DNA of 64,000 nt from Klebsiella phage K64-1, in sequence record AB897757.1. The stretch is one strand, 5' to 3'. A program made the translations under genes and the position numbers. This document shows positions 9,515-19,788 of the stretch, in pieces; positions within the stretch are counted from its first letter, which is position 1, and every line of letters begins with the position of its first letter. Under the pieces are notes generated by a model that was not told the DNA's origin, searched no databases, and saw nothing but the letters and a program-made list of their open reading frames with translations.

Positions 9515-10532
9515 TAAAGCGATAACATTCACCGATATTCATTTCGGAATGAAGAATAACAGTAAACAACACAATGAAGATTGTGTTAATTTTGTCAAAT
9601 TTATGATTGAAGAAGCAAAAAAGAATGAAATAAGAGTTGCTATTTTCATGGGTGACTATTTTCACAACAGAAGCAATATTAATATTCAAACACTTAATTA
9701 TGGTCTTGAAGTTCTTCAGATGCTTAATGATAATTTTGATAAAGTTTATTTTATTGTAGGTAATCATGATATGTATCACAAAAATAAACGAGATATAACC
9801 AGTATTAATATGGCTAAAGTATACAATAATATTGTATTCATTAATGAAATTACAACAATTAAAGATTGTACTTTTATCCCGTTTATGATTGATGATGAAT
9901 ATAAACAACTACCGCATATTAAATCCAAATATGTATTTGGTCATCTGGAATTACCTGGATATTTGTTGAATAAAATGGTAGAAATGCCCGATTGTGGAAA
10001 AGAGAACGAAGATTCTTTCAGTTCATGTGAATATGTTTTTAGTGGACATTTTCACAAACGTCAGGCTAAATTAACCAGACATGGTACTAAAATTGTATAC
10101 ACTGGAAATTGTTTCCCTCATAACTTTTCTGATACATGGGACGATGCTCGTGGTGTTATGATTCTTGAACACGGAAAAGAACCACAATTTAAAGCATGGG
10201 AACACGCACCAAAATACAGAACATTCACATTATCTGAATTTTTGTCCAACCCACAATATTATGTCCAAAATGATACCATCAACAAAGTGTTAATTGATGT
10301 TAATATCAGTACTGATGAAATTAGTTTCATTCGTGAAATATTCAGTTCTCAATATAATATCAGAGAATTTAATGCTGTTGCTAATAAACAAAATATAAAA
10401 GAATTACTTGAATCTGAACAGGAATTTGAAAATACAGAATCAGTCGATGAAATTGTAATTCAACAAATTATGGAACTTGATAGTACAATGTTCGATAAAT
10501 CACTACTTATACAAATATATAATTCTTTATAA
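9492..10532 (+). CDS. 47: recombination/repair nuclease subunit gp47 (Mre11/SbcD-like)
   Basis: Calcineurin-like phosphoesterase motifs DIHFG, GDYFH, GNHD. The track ORF begins at 9441 inside the gp55 ORF. The likely start is MKTDILF at 9492. Confidence 0.85.
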   Translation: MKTDILFDKAITFTDIHFGMKNNSKQHNEDCVNFVKFMIEEAKKNEIRVAIFMGDYFHNRSNINIQTLNYGLEVLQMLNDNFDKVYFIVGNHDMYHKNKRDITSINMAKVYNNIVFINEITTIKDCTFIPFMIDDEYKQLPHIKSKYVFGHLELPGYLLNKMVEMPDCGKENEDSFSSCEYVFSGHFHKRQAKLTRHGTKIVYTGNCFPHNFSDTWDDARGVMILEHGKEPQFKAWEHAPKYRTFTLSEFLSNPQYYVQNDTINKVLIDVNISTDEISFIREIFSSQYNIREFNAVANKQNIKELLESEQEFENTESVDEIVIQQIMELDSTMFDKSLLIQIYNSL

Positions 10533-10541
10533 GGAAATAAA

Positions 10542-12686
10542 GTGTTAACATTTAAACGTATTACTATGCGAAATTTTTTCTCCTTTGGTAATGCACCACA
10601 AACAATTGATCTAGATAGTTCAGATATTACACTTGTTCTTGGTCAAAATAATGATGCAGTTATTGAAGGAAATGATAGTTCAGGAAGAAGAAATGGTGTT
10701 GGTAAATCCGCTATTATTCAGGGAATTGTTTTTGGTTTGTACGGAAAAAGTATTGCAAATGAAATTAAAATTCCCAATTTAGTGAATAAAATAAACGGAA
10801 AGAACTGTGAAGTAAAAATTGAATTTGAAAAAGATGGAATTTCTTATATTGTAGAACGTGGGCGTAATCCTGCGTTTTTTAATTTCATTAAACTCAGTGA
10901 TGATCAAATAAATGACGAAAGTCGTGGTGAAAAGAAAGATACACAAGAAGATTTAAATGAAATTTTGGGTATTTCACAATTTCTGTTTGAACACATTGTA
11001 GTGCTGAATGCTAACGTAGAACCTTTTCTTTCCATGTCTGCACAAAAACAACGTGATATGATCGAAGAACTTCTCGGTATTACACAATTAACCGAAAAAG
11101 CACAGCTTCTTAAAGATATGCAAAAGGAAACTAAGCGTTTAGCAGAGCAAGAACGTTTTAAAAATGAAACTATACAAGCAAGTAATGAACGAATTCAAAA
11201 AAGTATAGAAACTCTTCAGGAACAGGCAAATAAATTCGAAATTGACAAGTCAAACCGAATCAGTGAACTAGAAAAACAGATTGAAACCTATTCTGTTCTA
11301 AATTTCGAAGAACTATATGAACAAGCCAATATAAAAGAAGAATCATTAATTCATAATGCTAAGAAATCCAATTTAGAAAATCGCGTATCTGATTTAGTAC
11401 TTAAATATGAATCGTATAAACGAGATATTGAACATAATAAAGCAATACTAAAGATTAATATCGAACGCCTTCAACAAGTTGACATTGTAAGTGAATTAAA
11501 GAATCATGAAGAACTTGAATTGTGGAAACAACTTGAATCTATACTAAAAGAGAACATAACACAAAAGAATTATAAAGAACAAAAAATAAATTTATTAAAA
11601 AGTACGTTACAAAGTTCTAAATCTTCTCTTGAATTGGAAAAAAACAAACTAGATGTGGTACTCAATAGCAAATGCCCACTGTGTAAATCAAGTCTGGAGC
11701 ATAATGAGCATAGTTCTGATATTAAATCAAAAATTCTGAAAACAATTACTGATATTGAGAACTCGATATTAACTATTGAATATGATATTAGTATACTTCA
11801 TGAAGAAGTTGATTCAATTGACGTGTTTGATATGCCTCATAAACCAGAAACTGTGTATAATACACTTACTGAAGCACAAATGCATGAGCATAAGTTACAG
11901 GAGTTAATTAAACAGTACGAAATTGATCAAATCAATATTTTTGAATCAGAATTAATGTCATCATATGAAGAATTAAATTCTTTTGAACTAAAAGATGTAC
12001 CAGATGCACTAACCAAGACTGAAGTTCGTGAACTGGAACTTGCTTATGATTCATTAAAACAACAATTACAACGAGAATTTAGTACAGTAAACACATATAT
12101 TAGTCAAATTAACACACTTCAGAATGAATCCATTGTTGTGGTTAATTATGACTCTTATAATGAACTGGATAAGCTACAAAATCATCAAGATTTTATGGTT
12201 AAACTTCTTCTCAATAAAGATTCATACTTGAGAAAACGTATCATCGAACAAAATATTTCATTTTTAAACAACAGACTTCAGTACTATATTGATATGTGTG
12301 GTTCAGAGCACAATGTTAAGTTCTTGACTGATTTGAGTGTTGAAATTGAAAAGAATGACCAGTACTTTGACTATAAACAGCTTAGTCGCGGTGAACGTAC
12401 TCGTGTTAATATCGCACTGTCTTGTGCCTTCAGGGATACATATGAATCATTATATCAAAATATCAATTTAATTTGTTGTGATGAGGCATTAGAAACTGGC
12501 TTGGATGCTAGTGGTGTATTGAGAGCATGGATGATATTTCAGGACATGGCATCAATCAGAAATAAAAATGTCTTTGTTATTTCACACAGAGATGAACTTA
12601 TTTCAAAAACCGAAAATATCATGAAAGTTACTAAAGAGGATGGATTCAGTACTGTTCAGTACTGTACATTAGACGATATATATTAA
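10542..12686 (+). CDS. 46: recombination/repair ATPase gp46 (Rad50/SbcC-like)
   Basis: Walker A GRRNGVGKSA. Long coiled-coil middle. C-terminal signature region. Placed after gp47. Confidence 0.85.
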   Translation: MLTFKRITMRNFFSFGNAPQTIDLDSSDITLVLGQNNDAVIEGNDSSGRRNGVGKSAIIQGIVFGLYGKSIANEIKIPNLVNKINGKNCEVKIEFEKDGISYIVERGRNPAFFNFIKLSDDQINDESRGEKKDTQEDLNEILGISQFLFEHIVVLNANVEPFLSMSAQKQRDMIEELLGITQLTEKAQLLKDMQKETKRLAEQERFKNETIQASNERIQKSIETLQEQANKFEIDKSNRISELEKQIETYSVLNFEELYEQANIKEESLIHNAKKSNLENRVSDLVLKYESYKRDIEHNKAILKINIERLQQVDIVSELKNHEELELWKQLESILKENITQKNYKEQKINLLKSTLQSSKSSLELEKNKLDVVLNSKCPLCKSSLEHNEHSSDIKSKILKTITDIENSILTIEYDISILHEEVDSIDVFDMPHKPETVYNTLTEAQMHEHKLQELIKQYEIDQINIFESELMSSYEELNSFELKDVPDALTKTEVRELELAYDSLKQQLQREFSTVNTYISQINTLQNESIVVVNYDSYNELDKLQNHQDFMVKLLLNKDSYLRKRIIEQNISFLNNRLQYYIDMCGSEHNVKFLTDLSVEIEKNDQYFDYKQLSRGERTRVNIALSCAFRDTYESLYQNINLICCDEALETGLDASGVLRAWMIFQDMASIRNKNVFVISHRDELISKTENIMKVTKEDGFSTVQYCTLDDIY

Positions 12687-12718
12687 AAAAAGGGGAGCAT
12701 ATTAGCTCCCCTTTTTTA
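12687..12718. terminator. bidirectional rho-independent terminator between convergent genes
   Basis: aggggagc-atatt-agctcccct hairpin flanked by A-run and T-run. Confidence 0.65.
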
Positions 12719-13733
12719 TTATTGTCATAATTTCATTCAACGATGCAGGTGATACGGTTTCAGTCCACCCATCACCGAATAATTCTTTTGTTAAGTGTCT
12801 TGCTTTTATGGTTCTTTTTATTTCTTTTTCTATGTTAAATGCATCATTACAATTTTCATATACTTTGTGGTATACAACATTCAATTTGTACTTACATTTA
12901 TTTTTATATGAACCCATTCTGTGTTTGATATTCTTTGTTATACCGAATTTATAACCAACTATATTATTATAATCATCAGATACTTCTAAAATGTATATAC
13001 CTGAACTAAAATCAGAAGATTTATAACCATTTTTGTAACTAACAGAATTACACAAAGGACACCCTTTATCTCGCATAAAATTGTCATATGTCATAGACCA
13101 TGTATAATTGCATTTACAAGTTAAAATGACTTTACTAAAAACACCATTAAAGTTCTTTTCATCTATTAATTCAAATTTAATGCCAGTTTCTTTGCTTTTA
13201 ATTTTTAAATTCTCATTTAATTCATTTATACTGTATTTGTGAGTACCTGAACATTTCAAACAACCAATATTATTACTGAAAAATGAATCATAAGTGGTAG
13301 TATTCCATTCGTATGCTTCAGAATGTTTAGTATTGTCATTGCATTTTAGTTTTAAATATGTTTTTGTTTTATTATATTCATCAAACCCGAGGAATTCCAG
13401 TGTCCCACCTCGTTTAATGCATTCATTTTCCACATTTTGAATTAAAATTTCAGGTGTTAACTTATTCAATGAAGGCTTTCTGAACTTTTTTGATTCTATA
13501 TTTCTCAGATATCTATATAATTTGTTAATTCTGTAATTATTATAAGTTATATTATCATGTGTTATTGAAGTAAGTGTATTATTACCTAACCATTTTTCTT
13601 CAATAATGAATCCATTGAATTTTATATTAAATTTGGATAACCTTTTCGATAAATCGTTGAAATATTCCCATGGAGTTCTGGAATTATAGTTAACGTGAAC
13701 TAAAATAATATCATCTGGTAAAGATATTATCAT
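12702..13733 (-). CDS. putative homing-type endonuclease: two Cys-rich repeats plus C-terminal GIY-YIG/T5orf172-like domain
   Basis: GIYILEVSDDYNNIVGYKFGIT gives GIY...YIG spacing, then R and a C-terminal DGWTET. The N-terminus has two modules of the type L.C..........GC..C. Paralogous to 23731..24957 and 44202..45350. Confidence 0.6.
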   Translation of the reverse strand: MIISLPDDIILVHVNYNSRTPWEYFNDLSKRLSKFNIKFNGFIIEEKWLGNNTLTSITHDNITYNNYRINKLYRYLRNIESKKFRKPSLNKLTPEILIQNVENECIKRGGTLEFLGFDEYNKTKTYLKLKCNDNTKHSEAYEWNTTTYDSFFSNNIGCLKCSGTHKYSINELNENLKIKSKETGIKFELIDEKNFNGVFSKVILTCKCNYTWSMTYDNFMRDKGCPLCNSVSYKNGYKSSDFSSGIYILEVSDDYNNIVGYKFGITKNIKHRMGSYKNKCKYKLNVVYHKVYENCNDAFNIEKEIKRTIKARHLTKELFGDGWTETVSPASLNEIMTIIKKGS

Positions 13734-14224
13734 TTTTGATCTCTTTTTATATCATTCATATTCAATTGACCACTTTGTATTAGCTTTCTGGCTTGTTTGG
13801 AACGTTCTTTGATGTTACTACCGGGTACTAACCCCAAATCACTAAGAATTTCGCTCTGTTGGTTTGCTGGAAGTCGTTTGAAGCGATTTACATCAACGGT
13901 AAGTGCCGTGTGATGTATAACTTGTTCATCTGGTGAAACAGAATCGTGGTATTCCAGATAATCTGCTAAATTTCTCAATACTTCGTATAACGGTTTATCC
14001 GTTAAATGCTTACAATATTGGTGGAAGCTATTATAAACTTTACCTTCGAACGCATTCACCTCATTTTGTAATACTCCCCTGCAACTCTGTGTATCATAAT
14101 GTCTGTGGTCAAGAACGGGTCTTATTATTTTAATTCCAATAATTGGATCAATACCATTTTGTTCCTTCAGTTTTCCATTTCTATATTTGGCAGCTTCATT
14201 GCTATTTTTTAATCTACGTTTCAT
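13730..14224 (-). CDS. endonuclease VII (gp49)-like domain protein
   Basis: LDHRHYDTQSCRGVLQNEVNAFEGKV resembles T4 endo VII HLDHDHELNG...RGLLCNLCNAAEGQ. Its stop overlaps the start of the downstream GIY-YIG-like gene. Confidence 0.45.
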   Translation of the reverse strand: MKRRLKNSNEAAKYRNGKLKEQNGIDPIIGIKIIRPVLDHRHYDTQSCRGVLQNEVNAFEGKVYNSFHQYCKHLTDKPLYEVLRNLADYLEYHDSVSPDEQVIHHTALTVDVNRFKRLPANQQSEILSDLGLVPGSNIKERSKQARKLIQSGQLNMNDIKRDQK

Positions 14225-14353
14225 GATATAATCTCTTATATTATATATCTAATAAATTTATTTACTTCAATAAATACCTATGTAAATAATCTTTCTGTAT
14301 AATGCATAATTCAATACATAATTTCTTGATACGTTAGATACGGAATAGCAAAA

Positions 14354-14388
14354 TAGGTCAGTACTTTTCAGTACTGACCTATTTTTTT
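14354..14388. terminator. strong bidirectional rho-independent terminator
   Basis: aggtcagtact-tttc-agtactgacct is a perfect 11-bp stem, followed by a T7 run and preceded by an A-run. Confidence 0.75.
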
Positions 14389-14394
14389 CTGATT

Positions 14395-15464
14395 TTATCG
14401 CCCCTCATTTTGTTTACGGACTTTCTTGTTGTATGCTTTAACCATCAAGTCTCGTTCAGTTACTGGCATATTAAGTAACATTTCATACGAGGTATTATCA
14501 ATATATACAGCAGCTTCCATTAATGCTTGTTTAATTTCTTGCTGATTAAACTCTATGTCTCGTATGTATTTTTCTATTTCAGTTGCCTCTAACTGGAGAA
14601 GCTGAGATCGAAAAAACGGGTAATATCATACACCAAATCTTCAATAACCCATTCATGATTACATTCACTACATTCAACCTGCATCGTGTGTTCAACACCA
14701 GTATTTTGCATTGTGTTGATTTCATCCTGAATAGTTTTAAGAACGTCTTTTGACTGATCTCCTACCCATTCTGAAATAAATTCTCGTTCAGTCACTTCAT
14801 CCCCGTCTGGAGTGATAATTTTAGAGATACTATAAACAATACCGTCGAAGTTAATTTTAGTGATAGGTTCAAAAATATCAGAAATGAATAGTTTTGCTCG
14901 GTCTTCATCACTTAACGACTCATCTAAATCGAGATATTTGGATTTGGACTGAATATTGAACATTCGCTCATTTATATCACATTGTTCTTTCCATGTAAGT
15001 GGTTTAAGTTCAATACTTAATCCATTATTTAAAACTACAGTAGGGATTTCTTTAATATATTTTACTGTATTCAATAGCACATTCAAATCACGTTCGATAC
15101 GACCTTCATGGTCACATTCGGGACATTTTACATTAATATCATAAGTATATTCTTTGGTTGCAACTTTAATTGCAATAAGCAGTTGTTCGATATCATTGAT
15201 GTATAATTCATCTGCATTAAGGACGTTCGGGCAGCAATTTTCAATAACTCGTGATACCGCATCCCCGGACATAAGCATATCAGGAGTATTCAGTACTATT
15301 TCATCACGAGCACTGCGAGCACATACCCCAACTTTAATACCTTTATTTCCTAATACACCATCGGGATATTTAATTACATCATTTGAAATAAGTTTAGCAC
15401 TAAGTACTTCAATTTTTGTGTACTTGGCTAGTGGGTTCATCTTACTCATAAAGACTCCAATCAA
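14395..15464 (-). CDS. hypothetical protein with two CxEC(D/N)HE zinc-motifs. Annotated ORF is 14589..15464 (291 aa). The -1 frame continues to a stop at 14395, just before the terminator.
   Basis: The ORF track gives 14589..15464. A T6 run (plus-strand A6 at 14611-14616) sits 8 codons before the stop. The -1 frame encodes 73 more protein-like codons and ends 10 nt before the terminator hairpin. Confidence 0.5.
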
Positions 15465-15519
15465 TGAACAAAATAAATAATCTATATGACATATTTATAA
15501 ATGTTTAAAAGGATAAAAA

Positions 15520-17682
15520 ATGGCTGGTACAAGTACGGATTATCTATTACAACAATTGTTAACCAGTAATGAAAAAGCTAATGATAATTTATCTGCGATG
15601 AGAGATTTATTATCAGAAAATTTGAAAAAAAACGGTTCAAATAATAACAATAATAATAATCCAGGAAACGGAAATAATAGAAGAAAGAAAGAAAAGATAT
15701 CATTAAATGATGCTTTAAAAAATATATCCAGAGATGTTAGTGGATTTAGTAGAACTCTCATTAACGGTAGTGCGGATGTTGGAACTGTTACGAATTCGCT
15801 TGGTACCGGAATGAGTAGTGTAATCGGTACATTAGGAAAGGCTGTTCCAGCTATTAGTGGTGTAACTACTGCATTCCAGTTACTAATTGAAGCAGGACTA
15901 TCTGTTTATAATTATCTAAATCAACAACTGGAAATGTATAATAAAATTAATTCCAGTGGTGTTAGTTTATCAAATGGTATGAACTCTATTCGTACTGGTA
16001 GTGCTAATGCGTTAATGAGTATGGACAAATTCGGTAATTCCGTAGTAAAACATGCTGGTGTTATTGCACAATTAAATGGTATATACGGTGATGGTGTTAA
16101 GGAATATGGTGATTTGCTTGGAACATTACAATTAGCACAGGATAAAATAGGTATATATGGTGTATCACAGGAACAAATGGCAGACTTAACCGCGAGGAAT
16201 ATTAAATTCCAGAAACAATTTGGTGGTGCAGAATTAATTAGACAAACTAACCAGGAAAAAAGCACACAAGAATTTATTAAAAATATGACAACTTTTAGTA
16301 AATCAATGGGTGAATCAGTTGATGCAATTTTAAAGAAAACTCAGGATTTTGATAATTCACTTGATGCTCGTGGTTTAGAAGCTGCATTGGAAAACTGGGC
16401 TGGATTAAGTAATAAAGCTGCTACATTAACTACTGATGCATTTATTCAAGCTGCTGCCGGTATGGGTGACGCAGGAAAATCTTTTTTTAAAATAATTTCA
16501 TCACAAGCTGTAACTGGTGCATTACCTACTGAATATATGACTGGTGTTATTGCAGAATTTGCCGAAGAAAACAAAAAAATGTTTATGGGTGGTATTACTG
16601 ATGCAAAGGAAATACGCTCAGCTAACATCAAATGGGTTAGAATGCATAAAGATCAGATTAAGCGTGACATGATGAACCAGATACAACTTGGAAACATCGA
16701 AGCTGCTAACTTCAACCGAAATCTTCTTGATCTGGAAGCGTCTGCAAATGATCCAAAAAATGGACCAAAACAACGTTTAGAGGAATTAACTAATAGATTT
16801 AATAATTGGATTAGTAATACATTTATAAAGCCATTTAATCTTTTAATGGATGCTGGGGTTACATGGTTATTAGATATTTCAGATCAAACAACATCATTTA
16901 ACCAATTTATATCTACTGTATTCAGTCAGGGAATCGACAAAATAATGAGTATGGTAACTAACTTTTTTAAGAACTTTCCAGTACTTAGTGATATAGGAAA
17001 AACTTTATTCGGTGATTCTTATAATACATTGGTTGATAATGTTGGTGGTTTTATTGGTAATTTAGTAAAAATACCTATACAACTGATATCAGTTGTAACC
17101 GATATATGGAATGGTAATTTAGCTGGTGCAAGGGAAACTGTACAAAATGCAATTGCTTCATTTAAACAGAATTTCTTGGGTATGTGGGAAGGTATAAAAG
17201 ATATCAAATTCAGTTTCAGTGACGTTAAAGACCGCTTGGTTAATATTGTAGAAACACTAAAAAATAAATTAATTAATGCATTTGACATTCTTAAATATGT
17301 TTTCGGTGTCAGTGATGAAATGCCAAAAACTGAAAATACAAAAACACCAAGTGCTGAAAAACCAAAAAATGAAAACATAAATACACCCAGTAACAGTAAA
17401 CCGACTGTTAATGATAATAACAGAAAACAACCACAAGTTGATCAAAATGCTTCTAATTATACCCCACCAACTCGTGTGGATGAAGCTCAAGATAATTACA
17501 AAAAATCTCCTGATGATGAAAAAGTTGATAATAATTTACAACCAGTAAATTACGATGAATCAATGGTTGAATTATTAGGACGTGTAACATCTGCGTTAGA
17601 AAAAGCTAACGAATACAATGTACAGAATTCAAATTATCTTAGAACTATATCTGATAATACTCAAATACAACGTAATAGTTAA
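15520..17682 (+). CDS. large Asn/Gly-rich alpha-helical virion protein, possibly tape-measure-like
   Basis: 720 aa of low-complexity, helical-looking sequence immediately upstream of the portal gene. No catalytic motif. The assignment is speculative. Confidence 0.3.
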   Translation: MAGTSTDYLLQQLLTSNEKANDNLSAMRDLLSENLKKNGSNNNNNNNPGNGNNRRKKEKISLNDALKNISRDVSGFSRTLINGSADVGTVTNSLGTGMSSVIGTLGKAVPAISGVTTAFQLLIEAGLSVYNYLNQQLEMYNKINSSGVSLSNGMNSIRTGSANALMSMDKFGNSVVKHAGVIAQLNGIYGDGVKEYGDLLGTLQLAQDKIGIYGVSQEQMADLTARNIKFQKQFGGAELIRQTNQEKSTQEFIKNMTTFSKSMGESVDAILKKTQDFDNSLDARGLEAALENWAGLSNKAATLTTDAFIQAAAGMGDAGKSFFKIISSQAVTGALPTEYMTGVIAEFAEENKKMFMGGITDAKEIRSANIKWVRMHKDQIKRDMMNQIQLGNIEAANFNRNLLDLEASANDPKNGPKQRLEELTNRFNNWISNTFIKPFNLLMDAGVTWLLDISDQTTSFNQFISTVFSQGIDKIMSMVTNFFKNFPVLSDIGKTLFGDSYNTLVDNVGGFIGNLVKIPIQLISVVTDIWNGNLAGARETVQNAIASFKQNFLGMWEGIKDIKFSFSDVKDRLVNIVETLKNKLINAFDILKYVFGVSDEMPKTENTKTPSAEKPKNENINTPSNSKPTVNDNNRKQPQVDQNASNYTPPTRVDEAQDNYKKSPDDEKVDNNLQPVNYDESMVELLGRVTSALEKANEYNVQNSNYLRTISDNTQIQRNS

Positions 17683-17694
17683 GGAAGTTAATAA

Positions 17695-19428
17695 ATGTCA
17701 TGGAAACGTCACATGAGTACTGCTCGACCACGAGTATCAGTACAAAAAAATACAAGTTCAGATAAAGCGGCAGGAAGCAAGTCAAATTTTGCTTCTTATC
17801 TTCCACAAGTATATCAAGGATTACCAAATCGAACTGATCGATATCGACAATATGAAGAAATGGATCAAGATCCTGAAATCAGAACTGCATTGAATATCAT
17901 TGCTGATTTCTGTACTCAGAGTGATGTTGATTTTGGATTACCTTACAAAATTAAGTACAAAGATAATATCGGTGATACTGAAGTTACTACAATCGAAGAC
18001 CGCCTGGATGCATGGACTGACCAGAATGATTTTAAAATCAGAATGTATGAAATTGTACGCGGTTTGTTGAAATATGGTGATCAATTTTTTATTCGTGATC
18101 CAGAAACTTATGATTGGTACTGGGTTGATCCTAGTAATGTTGAACAGGTATTTGTAAACCAGGCAACAGGTAAAAACCCTGTGGTTTATTATATCAGGGA
18201 TGTATCTTTGAATCTAAAAGATAAAGTACTTAGTAATGTACATATTGGATTTAACCAAAGTGCTTATACTGGTGCTGCACCTAATTTACTTGGTTCTAAT
18301 TCATCCGCTGCATCAGTTGGTGGATTGGCTGGGATTACAAGTTCTGGCTCTTCTGGTTCATCAGATCCATTTAATACAAGTGGTAGAATGGATGTATTAC
18401 CAGTTGCTGCTGAACACGTCATTCATTTTAGTCTAAACACAGGACAAGATGGTGTGTGGCCATTTGGTACCAGTATTCTGGAAAATGTTTTTAAAACATA
18501 TAAGCAAAAATCACTTCTTGAAGACAGCATTATTATATATCGAGTACAACGTGCACCTGAACGAAGGGTATTCCGTATTGATGTAGGTGATATGCAAACT
18601 CATCAGGCAATGGCTTATGTTGAACGTTTTAAAAATGAAATTCATCAACGAAGAATTCCTTCAAATAAAGGAGGAAGTACTTCAATGATGGATGCAGCAT
18701 ATAACCCATTAAGTATTTTAGAAGATTACTACTTCCCACAAACTGCTGATGGTCGTGGTTCATCCGTTGATACATTACCAGGTGGCGACAATCTTGGGCA
18801 GATTGATGATTTGAGATACTTTAATAATAAACTTATTAGGGGATTACAAATTCCTTCATCATATCTACCACAAGGTCCAGATGATGGAGGTGTTTCATTA
18901 TTTGGTGATGGTGCAACTCAGGCAATGGCAAGTGAAATTCGTTTTAATAATGAATGTATGCGTTATCAACGTCTGGTAGCAAAAGTATTCGATGCTGAAT
19001 TTAAACGATTTATGCTACATAACGGTTATAACATAAGTACTGCATCATTTGAGGTAGTATTGAATGCACCAATTAACCTTGCAACTTATCGTAGAGCAGA
19101 ACTGGATGCTAAATTGATTACTACCTACTTACCTCTTAATGATTTACCATATATGGCAAAACAAACCATTCTACAAAAAATGGGCTTTGAACAGAAAGAT
19201 ATTGTACAGAATGAAGAATTACTTCGTCAGGAACTTGGTATGGATATTAACACCGCTAATAGTACTGAACAAGCATCACTTCAATCAGTCGGTATTGAAG
19301 CACCAAATAATTCTGAACAAGATCTCGGTGTAGATGAAAATGGTGAGCTAGAAAGTGCAGATAAAGAATATCAGGATTCACAAGAAACATCAAATTTTAA
19401 CCCAAATGGTTTAGGTGATTCTTTTTAA
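17695..19428 (+). CDS. 20: portal vertex protein gp20
   Basis: LEDSIIIYRVQRAPERRVF and TLPGGDNLGQIDDLRYF match T4 gp20 LEDAVVIYRITRAPDRRVW and TLPGADNTGNMEDIRWF. Confidence 0.9.
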   Translation: MSWKRHMSTARPRVSVQKNTSSDKAAGSKSNFASYLPQVYQGLPNRTDRYRQYEEMDQDPEIRTALNIIADFCTQSDVDFGLPYKIKYKDNIGDTEVTTIEDRLDAWTDQNDFKIRMYEIVRGLLKYGDQFFIRDPETYDWYWVDPSNVEQVFVNQATGKNPVVYYIRDVSLNLKDKVLSNVHIGFNQSAYTGAAPNLLGSNSSAASVGGLAGITSSGSSGSSDPFNTSGRMDVLPVAAEHVIHFSLNTGQDGVWPFGTSILENVFKTYKQKSLLEDSIIIYRVQRAPERRVFRIDVGDMQTHQAMAYVERFKNEIHQRRIPSNKGGSTSMMDAAYNPLSILEDYYFPQTADGRGSSVDTLPGGDNLGQIDDLRYFNNKLIRGLQIPSSYLPQGPDDGGVSLFGDGATQAMASEIRFNNECMRYQRLVAKVFDAEFKRFMLHNGYNISTASFEVVLNAPINLATYRRAELDAKLITTYLPLNDLPYMAKQTILQKMGFEQKDIVQNEELLRQELGMDINTANSTEQASLQSVGIEAPNNSEQDLGVDENGELESADKEYQDSQETSNFNPNGLGDSF

Positions 19429-19461
19429 AAATAAATAAAAGAGTACAAAAGGAATACTATC

Positions 19462-19692
19462 ATGCTTTTTAAAGATATTTTTGAGAGTACCAATGATTCA
19501 ATGTACGATCCAGAAGACGATAAAAGTGTATATAAAATTACAGATACTCGCAAACCAAAATTAACTTTGCAGGCTCTGAATAATCTACGCAAGTACAGAG
19601 AATTTAAAGCTAAAGAAGACCAAAACCGAGATGCAAATGTAGCTGCTCTGTATAAATCTTCTCATGCTGCACCGAATAACGGTGAAATGTAA
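19462..19692 (+). CDS. small protein in the gp67 (prohead core) position
   Basis: 76-aa ORF between the portal and protease genes. Assigned by position only. Confidence 0.35.
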   Translation: MLFKDIFESTNDSMYDPEDDKSVYKITDTRKPKLTLQALNNLRKYREFKAKEDQNRDANVAALYKSSHAAPNNGEM

Positions 19693-19700
19693 TATATAAA

Positions 19701-19741
19701 AATGGCATTTTTTAAGCTCTTTTAATAATGCCATTTTTCAT
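19701..19741 (+). terminator. terminator-like hairpin
   Basis: aatggcatt...aatgccatt is a 9-bp stem with a T-rich loop and a trailing T-run. Confidence 0.4.
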
Positions 19742-19788
19742 TAAACTAAATACTACATATTAATGATTAAAATCATTAGGAGAATATA

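Noticed and set aside
9507-9908. 133-aa minus-strand ORF
   Set aside because: Antisense to gp47. AT-rich Ile/Phe/Asn-rich translation typical of shadow ORFs in low-GC DNA.
15154-15480. 108-aa + strand ORF
   Set aside because: Antisense to the 14589..15464 gene.
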